From a virus, in the IMG/VR virus record IMGVR_UViG_3300012359_000028, positions 1 through 64,000 of that record: a stretch of 64,000 nt of DNA; one strand, 5' to 3'. The translations under genes and the position numbers were made by a program. The notes under the pieces are model-generated. The model ran no database searches. It was not told where the DNA came from and saw only the letters and a list, made by a program, of their open reading frames with translations. Positions 57,125-64,000 of this stretch are shown here, piece after piece; the stretch's first letter is position 1, and each line of letters opens with the position of its first letter.

Positions 57125-58320
57125 TCTTCTGCCTCCACTTCATCTTCAAAAAGATCATTCATTGAATCTTCATCTGTTTTTACAAAGTTTTCTTTACGAA
57201 ATGCCTCATCTTTCAAAACGAAAGCCTGAAAATACGGGTCCGATCTGTTATCATGAGGAAATCGAATCCCAAACTTATTCGGCCATTTCTTTGTCTTCCA
57301 TGCATTCACGATGCCGACGATCTGGGTCGCGCAGATTTGCCCCGCATCGAGTTGACTATCAGTCGTAACGAAGCCAGCGTTAAATTGTAGCCGTTGTCGG
57401 GTAAGGTACCCACTATGGACGCGAAATCCGTTGGTTTCGAGCCATGCTTGAGCACGCTCCTTGGCTGCTTTTGTTTGATCCGTCTTGTCATTTTTCTCTC
57501 CCTGGGCGGCGGACATCTGTTCAAGTTCGTAGTCATTGCGAACAATCCATGAGTTCTCCCCATCAACACGAGCGATCACTGCTTCATCTCCGGCTTTATA
57601 TGTGCCAACGCCTTCCAGCAACGTTACACTTGAGCCCTTCTGCAATTTCCGCCCCACTTTCACAAAGACAACGAATGCGACATCATGGATACCGCTGAGC
57701 CAACTATATCGCCGCAATTGTTCGTCGAATGCTGCCATACCCTGTTCTTCAGGGTAGCCTCGGCCCGATGTCTTCATATCAACAATCAATGGCCGCAGCA
57801 TGCCGTATTCTGGCTTCCATTCAAGCCGTGGTAGCATCGGATGAGTTGGATCAGTCCAGCAAATCATATCCAACTTTCCGGCATCTTCAATCTCTCCATA
57901 GTTAGCATCACCGGGGAAAACTTCTTTTGAAACTTCTCTTTGGAATATGATTTGACCTCGTAGCGGTATTGGCAATGATGGCTGCCGAATGGAATACAAT
58001 CGGAGTAGATCGTCGCCATCCGCATCAAGCGTAGTCCAATCCTTTTCTGTGCGGGTGTACACAAGATCATTTCGATCTTTGAAAATTTCCCAGAGTCGAT
58101 GGAATTCTTCTCGGCCTCCGCTTCCATCGTGCTCGTGGTAGAATTGAACAGCTTGCTCGACAGCCCGACCAAAGAGGAGTCTGGCTTTATTATCAATCTC
58201 TTTCCAGCCTTGTACACGGCGCAGGTAATACTTAAGAGGACTGAAATCGAAATCCTGGCCCGCACTGTACGAATGCCGCCGCCATTGCGTGCCTTTCGAG
58301 TTTACGTAGAGGAAGGCCAT
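57121..58320 (-). CDS. PD-(D/E)XK nuclease (RecB/Cas4-like)
   Basis: HSYS, FGRAV, GKLD, IVDMKTS, QL..Y motifs. Confidence 0.8.
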   Translation of the reverse strand: MAFLYVNSKGTQWRRHSYSAGQDFDFSPLKYYLRRVQGWKEIDNKARLLFGRAVEQAVQFYHEHDGSGGREEFHRLWEIFKDRNDLVYTRTEKDWTTLDADGDDLLRLYSIRQPSLPIPLRGQIIFQREVSKEVFPGDANYGEIEDAGKLDMICWTDPTHPMLPRLEWKPEYGMLRPLIVDMKTSGRGYPEEQGMAAFDEQLRRYSWLSGIHDVAFVVFVKVGRKLQKGSSVTLLEGVGTYKAGDEAVIARVDGENSWIVRNDYELEQMSAAQGEKNDKTDQTKAAKERAQAWLETNGFRVHSGYLTRQRLQFNAGFVTTDSQLDAGQICATQIVGIVNAWKTKKWPNKFGIRFPHDNRSDPYFQAFVLKDEAFRKENFVKTDEDSMNDLFEDEVEAEE

Positions 58321-59969
58321 AGTCCGCTCCCCGGTTCAGTGTATTTTTTCAAATCAACAATCCGCGTTGCTGGATTAGAGTAAATTAGACTTGGATACTC
58401 ATCTGGCCAAAATTGGCTTCGCTGGCAAGTGTAACTGAAATGCAATTCCTTTGCCGGTCGAGAAGCTGCAACATAGAAAATTCGCTTCTCTTCGGGCAGT
58501 TTGCCATCCTGATGTGGCATTTTCTTCTGGTTCACTCCGATGACATAAACATAATCCCATTCATGGCCTTTGGCTTGGTGAACCGTAGCAAGTGTAACCG
58601 CCTCCCCACTCTTACCCTTGCGCGCATGTGTAAGTCGGCGTAAATAATTCAAAAATTCACTAACCGACCCTTTACCGGATGCCATCTTTACAATGTCGTT
58701 CAAATTTTCAACCGGGCTCGATTCCATTGGATTCTGAGCATAGCGATATTTTTCTAAAAACCTCTCTCGCTCAATTATGTCACTGAGAACCTGATGGGCT
58801 GGACGTAAACTGATGTCATTTTTTGCCAACCGAAGCAAAGCCTGAACTTCATTCTGCTGCCAGAAATCCTTTTTTCCGAGAATGTGATATTTCTTTCCTT
58901 CAAGAGTCAGAATCTTCTGATAAGTAAAAAGTTGGCGGTTGGTACGCGCCAAAATTGCTGTCTTGCCGGGCTCGGTTATCTTTGTTAGAGTCTGATGAGC
59001 CTCTTCGAGTTCATCTTCATAGCGAATGATCTCAGGCTGCACGCCATATGGGTTCGTTGTCATCATATGTGAACTGAGGCCGTTGTCCACGGGCAGAATC
59101 CGCAACAAGAATTCTACGATTGCGCCAGTCGAGCGGTAGTTCTGGCCCAGGAAAAGTTTTATCGCTCCCGGAAAATGTCTTTCGAAGTTCGATAAGTTGC
59201 CAGCCTGGGCATTTCGCCACTCGTACACTAGCTGATTTTCGTCGCCTACCACAAAGATATTTTTTTTGAACAGGAGTTGTAACAGCCGGAACTGAAGGAC
59301 GTTTGTGTCCTGGCACTCGTCTACGGCGATGTATTCTTTTTGCCATCTCTTCCTCACGTCGTCGTTGCTTTCGAGAAGACTAACGGTTTCGCGCATTAAG
59401 GAATCAAAATCAAGCCAACCTTGTTCACGACAACGGCGCTCATAATCTCGGTATGCCATGCCATAATATCTCTCAAGTCCGAGAGATTCATCAATGGCTC
59501 GCTCCGGCGATACGTCGGAGCATTTCCATGCTTCAATATGCTCTTTGAGTGTACGGAAACTCTTCACCCCGGCTCGGTATGTCTTGACTAGATCGAAAAG
59601 GAGTTGATAGTCCTCACCGGAAAATGGCAAAACATCATCAGTCACTTTGAACGGAAGGAAAGCGCGCTCTTTCCGCAGCAATTCCAGGCTATAGCTGTGG
59701 AACGTGCGGAAAATTGAGGCGGCATCCATGAATCCGATACGTTTCACCATTTCTTCAGCCGCCTCATGTGTAAACGTGAGGTTCAATGTATCTTTCTGCT
59801 GAATGCCGTGGAGGAGCATATTGACATGTCGTTGTAGCAGAGTTGCCGTCTTGCCTGATCCTGGACCAGCTACCACTACATAGATGCCTTCAACTGCATT
59901 GATACAGACGAGTTGATCAGCATCTGGGCCATAATCTCCGATGAAACAATTATTCATTTGGGTAGCCAT
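58302..59969 (-). CDS. UvrD/PcrA superfamily 1 helicase
   Basis: AGPGSGKT, TFH, VDECQD, VGDENQ, QNYRS, ILARTN, TVHQAKG.EW, EEKR.FYVA.SR. Confidence 0.92.
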   Translation of the reverse strand: MATQMNNCFIGDYGPDADQLVCINAVEGIYVVVAGPGSGKTATLLQRHVNMLLHGIQQKDTLNLTFTHEAAEEMVKRIGFMDAASIFRTFHSYSLELLRKERAFLPFKVTDDVLPFSGEDYQLLFDLVKTYRAGVKSFRTLKEHIEAWKCSDVSPERAIDESLGLERYYGMAYRDYERRCREQGWLDFDSLMRETVSLLESNDDVRKRWQKEYIAVDECQDTNVLQFRLLQLLFKKNIFVVGDENQLVYEWRNAQAGNLSNFERHFPGAIKLFLGQNYRSTGAIVEFLLRILPVDNGLSSHMMTTNPYGVQPEIIRYEDELEEAHQTLTKITEPGKTAILARTNRQLFTYQKILTLEGKKYHILGKKDFWQQNEVQALLRLAKNDISLRPAHQVLSDIIERERFLEKYRYAQNPMESSPVENLNDIVKMASGKGSVSEFLNYLRRLTHARKGKSGEAVTLATVHQAKGHEWDYVYVIGVNQKKMPHQDGKLPEEKRIFYVAASRPAKELHFSYTCQRSQFWPDEYPSLIYSNPATRIVDLKKYTEPGSGLWPSST

Positions 59970-59987
59970 CCAAAACTACGTAACAAA

Positions 59988-60158
59988 TCATTGCTCGTCC
60001 AAACTGCAACATATGGTTGCAAAAACCCTTTCGAGATCATCAACCACGTCAAGATATTGCTCGCAGAGATGATAATAACCTGCTTTATATTCCTGACCGG
60101 CACGCTCGTGAAGATGGATACGAAGAGCATGTATCGCTTTGATTTCAGCAGCATTCAT
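59988..60158 (-). CDS. small hypothetical protein (56 aa)
   Basis: ATGA coupling to the upstream gene with GGAG RBS; MNAAEIKAIHALR... Confidence 0.55.
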   Translation of the reverse strand: MNAAEIKAIHALRIHLHERAGQEYKAGYYHLCEQYLDVVDDLERVFATICCSLDEQ

Positions 60159-61459
60159 TTGATGACTCCGATGGCTTGCTGCATATACTGCACGAGTCCA
60201 GCAGCACCACGAGTTTTTGCAACATCATCAAGGAAGTCGATGAACTTTAGCCAGTCCATATAATCCCATGTCTTGCTGCTCGGCTTCACAGAATTGAATT
60301 GGCTAACGAATTTCCTCAACTGAATTTCAACACCACCAATCGAAGCAACTGGAACCATTCCACCGCCCGGGAGAATCTCATTGCGATATTTCGCCAGTCG
60401 GGTCTTAATTTCTGCTTCCTGGACCGGGTTTAGCAATTTTTGAACGGTAGGCGGCATGACAGGTTGTGCCGGGAGTTGCGCAGGCGCAGATGTTTCCGTA
60501 ACGGCTTCTTGAACTATACCACGAAGAATTTCATTGCCCTTGTTTGCCATTGCTATACCAGCCACGATAATTTTTTCAGGAATTACTTGTGTTGGCACAG
60601 AATTAACAACAGGACTTGCTTCTTGAGTCGGTGTATTTAGAGTTATCTCAGCAGCTTTACGTTTGCGTTGCTTAGGAGGTTCGGCAGCCTGAGCTAACGG
60701 ATGATCAGACGGAAGTGTCGCAGCGAGGTCTGCCACGGTCTTAAAATTCTCGCCTGCTACGATTGCAAGAGTTTCCGTCTTGACTGTAGCTAGAGCATCT
60801 TGAGCGGCTCGCTGTGCTGGAGTCGGTGTCCAATTTTGTTTAAGATTTGGGAGCCCTAATGCCTTCCCAATTGCTTCTACCTGATCTGGCGGAAAAAGAG
60901 GACCGTCAAACGGTGGAGGCTCTACAACAGATGGCGTCGGATTCGGCATTACAACTGGCTGCGTTGTGATCACGTCCAGCGGGGTGCTATTCACTAGCGC
61001 TGTACGATCATGGCTAACTTCACTTTCATCAAGAATCCCGCCGCCGACAAATTGAAGAGTCATTCTTCGAACTGCGCGAGTCTGCGCTGTCGCAATAGCA
61101 TCGGATAACGTTTTGCCATGCAGCCCGTCAATTTCAGCCGCGCCGATGGCTCGTTCTTCGCGAAGGTCTTTATCACGACCTACTGCGAGAAAACAAATTT
61201 GTCCAGATACTATATTCGGAAGAACCTCGATGGCTACCGTAGAGATGCCTCGATTTCGACGAAGTAAATCCGTCGCGCCCTTCTTTGCATAAAGGACTTC
61301 ATGATAGCCTGTGCCATCTACATCCTTTGAAATAAATGCCAGAAGGTTCAGATCGGGAGGGATGCCTAAAAATTCGCAGGCACCTCTGAGGTAACTGGCC
61401 TTTTGGTCCTCGCTGAGTCTTTCAAGATCATACAGCGGAATGAATCTGTTGCTATCCAT
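60155..61459 (-). CDS. putative single-strand annealing / recombination protein
   Basis: GGAGG RBS before MDSNRF; LYA.K..TD.LR and A.TRA.RR.TL...G motifs; Pro/Ala-rich linker; next to nuclease and helicase. Confidence 0.55.
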   Translation of the reverse strand: MDSNRFIPLYDLERLSEDQKASYLRGACEFLGIPPDLNLLAFISKDVDGTGYHEVLYAKKGATDLLRRNRGISTVAIEVLPNIVSGQICFLAVGRDKDLREERAIGAAEIDGLHGKTLSDAIATAQTRAVRRMTLQFVGGGILDESEVSHDRTALVNSTPLDVITTQPVVMPNPTPSVVEPPPFDGPLFPPDQVEAIGKALGLPNLKQNWTPTPAQRAAQDALATVKTETLAIVAGENFKTVADLAATLPSDHPLAQAAEPPKQRKRKAAEITLNTPTQEASPVVNSVPTQVIPEKIIVAGIAMANKGNEILRGIVQEAVTETSAPAQLPAQPVMPPTVQKLLNPVQEAEIKTRLAKYRNEILPGGGMVPVASIGGVEIQLRKFVSQFNSVKPSSKTWDYMDWLKFIDFLDDVAKTRGAAGLVQYMQQAIGVIK

Positions 61460-61488
61460 ACAATACCTCCAAAAAGAAAATTTGTCAA
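61460..61488 (-). promoter_or_regulatory. possible sigma70-type promoter overlapping an RBS
   Basis: TTGACA-N17-TATTGT; the -10 abuts the ATG, so function is uncertain. Confidence 0.35.
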
Positions 61489-61490
61489 GT

Positions 61491-63761
61491 TTACTTGTGG
61501 TAATACTGATCTTCGAATCCATCACAGCCTAACAAAAGACCTGGAGCCCACCAAATTTTCGAACGCATCATTGCATCCATCTCAGGTAGACCTGGAGCAA
61601 TAGGATCATCCCACGTTTCGGAGATACCCTCGTCATGTACATGACCGACTACTGGAAGCCCGGCTTCTTCAAACATTAACAATTTGAGAGCTAGAACATC
61701 TCGTGACCAGGCTTGATCAATGTTCTCAAGGATTTTTCCGCCGTGACTGGTAACATAGCAATCCCACTGATGCGTTTCTTGATTCGCTCCATCATAGACA
61801 AGAGTTGGCTTATATACGTCTTCTCCAGACTCAGAATTTTTCCACGGCATTTTTGTTTCTTCAATTCTGGCATTGAAATAATGAAGGGCTCGTCCAGATG
61901 GCAATAGAATTCGGAGAATGTTTCGTCGTGTACCATGATCGGTGATAGTGAGTTTATCAAATTTTATACATCCGCCTGGTCCCCATTCACGTCTAACGCG
62001 AACAGTTCCTTCAGCGAGTACATCTGCCACAATTTTTTCGAGGTCATACCATGCTTGCTTAATTTCACTATAGACCATGCGAAATACTTTCGTAAGTTCA
62101 ATCGATTTCTCTGGAGTAAGATCAACGCCCATTTTCTCGGCATAGTCGAGAAGTCCAGTTTTGTGTAGGCGTCCGGTCTTCCAGTCAGTCTCAATTCGGC
62201 CCGCAGACAATCGATAGACGCCGCCAATAACAGCAGGCTTCGCATCCTGGCGCATTTTCTTAGCAATAGCTTTGATGGCTTTGTCTAAACTGTGGTAATC
62301 GGCTTCAAGTTTTTCATATGGAATGTTCTTCCATTGTCCGGCAAAGGTGAGATAAGGGCAATTCCCATTCGGTTTCCCAGGTCTCGGAATGAAAACATCA
62401 TTGAGTGGCTGGCATTCACACAAATAAGCAGCATCACGAGTTTCAATTGCGTTCAAGTCACAGACATTCAGACGCTTGCCTTCGGACGCATCAAAAATTG
62501 TTCGAATCGTGTTCTTTATTGTTGCCAGAACAGAACCATAATCTACTTCCTCGGGAGTCAATTTGCCGAATCGTTTGATTATTCCGTCAAAATCCAATTT
62601 GAAAATGAGCGTCCGAGCCTCATTAACGATGTCTTCATCTTCGAATAGCGGCTCTGGTCTTGCCATATTATGCATCTGGACGGCGTTTCCACTCCATCGA
62701 CCGCAGCGCGCCGAGCCCATGTAGATGAATTGGCCCCGGAGCCGGTCATCATCACAAAGTTGCCGAAGAACAGCAGTCAATTTCGTGTACGTAGTAGAAC
62801 TAGCATTGAGTCTCATCTCCAAAATTTTTCGGCATTCGGGTGTCAGTGTCGTGCTGAACTTCAGGGCTGTCTTTACTGCATCCTTCTCCAAAGAATCCTC
62901 TTCATAACCCCGAGCCTGTACCCACGGTAGCAACTGATTGCGAGAGTTTGAATTCTCTAGGTTGGTAATCTTATTCATCACCTTCTTGGTTTCGATCTTT
63001 GCCCGAGTCCCAAGTTCAAGACCGTTCGTGACGAACTGCCGGTTAACATGAATTCCTCGATCATTCACTTTTTGATCGAAGAGCCATACCCTTCGTTCGA
63101 ATTCAGGAAGAGGAAACACCCGCAGCAAAATTTCTCGGCGTGTAACTTCGCGCTCCGCCCTCACGTCCTGTTTGCAATACTCACAAAATTCTTCCCATTC
63201 TTGCGGATGCGTATTCCAGTCGTTGTATAAACACGTTGCAGAGATACCATTTGGATTTTTCTTGGTAGGTTTCTTAGCTTTCTTTATAACCGGAGTACAG
63301 AACAAATTTATGAGTTGATGCCCACGTTTGTCTTTTCCGAGGTCTCGGTCCAACCCGAGAATATCTGATATGGCATCCAGGTCGGCGGGTAGACTGAGCA
63401 TCCGAGCAGAAGGCTGAGCATCTTGAAATCTTTCCGGTCCCAGGTTAAAACCATGTTTTCGAAATCCGAGTCGCTCAAAGGATGAGTTGAATGCAACAAT
63501 GTCCACCTCCGGGGCTTTCAAGTATTCATGTAAATCCTGTGGCATCGGCTCTCCGGTCCAGATACGCCAGAGTTTTACGTCGAATGGATGTTCGATAAGG
63601 CAATCTCCGTATCCATAGGCGCACATTACCATCTCAGTCGTCGAGTGCGACATATAGTTGTACAATCCAACGGAATACTTACCGTTGATATCTGTATAGC
63701 TGCGCGATTCGAAGTCTGCAAACAGCCTCTTCTTGCGCATCTCTTTGGCGAAGTCAATCAT
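61491..63761 (-). CDS. polA: DNA polymerase family A with 3'-5' exonuclease
   Basis: ExoI DFES, ExoII FN..FER, ExoIII YC.QDV; GRWSG...Q.HN; motif A DLNAIE.R; motif B R...K...IG..Y; motif C HVHDE. Confidence 0.92.
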   Translation of the reverse strand: MIDFAKEMRKKRLFADFESRSYTDINGKYSVGLYNYMSHSTTEMVMCAYGYGDCLIEHPFDVKLWRIWTGEPMPQDLHEYLKAPEVDIVAFNSSFERLGFRKHGFNLGPERFQDAQPSARMLSLPADLDAISDILGLDRDLGKDKRGHQLINLFCTPVIKKAKKPTKKNPNGISATCLYNDWNTHPQEWEEFCEYCKQDVRAEREVTRREILLRVFPLPEFERRVWLFDQKVNDRGIHVNRQFVTNGLELGTRAKIETKKVMNKITNLENSNSRNQLLPWVQARGYEEDSLEKDAVKTALKFSTTLTPECRKILEMRLNASSTTYTKLTAVLRQLCDDDRLRGQFIYMGSARCGRWSGNAVQMHNMARPEPLFEDEDIVNEARTLIFKLDFDGIIKRFGKLTPEEVDYGSVLATIKNTIRTIFDASEGKRLNVCDLNAIETRDAAYLCECQPLNDVFIPRPGKPNGNCPYLTFAGQWKNIPYEKLEADYHSLDKAIKAIAKKMRQDAKPAVIGGVYRLSAGRIETDWKTGRLHKTGLLDYAEKMGVDLTPEKSIELTKVFRMVYSEIKQAWYDLEKIVADVLAEGTVRVRREWGPGGCIKFDKLTITDHGTRRNILRILLPSGRALHYFNARIEETKMPWKNSESGEDVYKPTLVYDGANQETHQWDCYVTSHGGKILENIDQAWSRDVLALKLLMFEEAGLPVVGHVHDEGISETWDDPIAPGLPEMDAMMRSKIWWAPGLLLGCDGFEDQYYHK

Positions 63762-63988
63762 CGTATACCGATTACCCTAACAACTCGCGCTTTGTCCATC
63801 CACGGCCAATCATAAGCGAGGTTCTTACGATATGTTTGGGTACGAGCAATGGCTTGGTATGCCTGACGCCGCGTTTCAAACAAAGTTGCATGGGTGCCGA
63901 ACCAAAGTGTTTCATACTTTGAATCGTGTGCTTTAGCTGCACACATTACATCATCTTCAGCAATGACTATGAATCCTACTATTTTCAT
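63758..63988 (-). CDS. hypothetical protein
   Basis: GGGAG RBS; ATGA coupling to polA. Confidence 0.6.
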   Translation of the reverse strand: MKIVGFIVIAEDDVMCAAKAHDSKYETLWFGTHATLFETRRQAYQAIARTQTYRKNLAYDWPWMDKARVVRVIGIR

Positions 63989-64000
63989 GATTTATCTCCC

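Noticed and set aside
59954-60154. 66-aa - strand ORF from the ORF track
   Set aside because: The alternative frame 59988-60158 has ATGA coupling and an RBS and is the better gene call.
1-64000. Stop-codon reassignment, CRISPR array, or reverse transcriptase/DGR system
   Set aside because: Long genes are intact in the standard code and TAG, TGA and TAA all end genes; I saw no repeat-spacer array and no RT motif. This was inspection by eye only.

Overview
The window is 64 kb of a tailed dsDNA bacteriophage genome with podovirus-like organisation: no tape measure or sheath gene is visible, and ejection-type genes follow the tail genes. There are two convergent arms. The + strand (1-36294) holds the late genes: terminase large subunit, portal, scaffold, a major capsid gene split by a group I intron with an endonuclease VII homing endonuclease, adaptor, tail and fibre genes, and internal virion proteins ending in a 1481-aa multi-domain protein. 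The - strand (36303-64000) holds the early and replication genes: family A DNA polymerase, UvrD helicase, PD-(D/E)XK nuclease, putative annealing protein, DHH phosphoesterase, RNA ligase, P-loop kinase, NADAR, lysozyme and a tyrosine recombinase. Five features missed by the ORF track stand out. (1) A circularly permuted two-piece tmRNA gene has its own sigma70-type promoter and a 32-codon tag ending ALAA. (2) A 2.8-kb IS1595-family element with 20-bp inverted repeats and an exact 8-bp target duplication carries a truncated transposase and an ABC-ATPase/GNAT fusion flanked by two HTH-like genes. (3) The capsid group I intron can be mapped to the nucleotide. (4) A roughly 255-nt highly structured intergenic RNA candidate lies in the head-tail region. 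(5) The major tail gene appears to need a +1 frameshift near its start, or carries a one-base error. All protein calls come from motif recognition by eye; no database searches were run.
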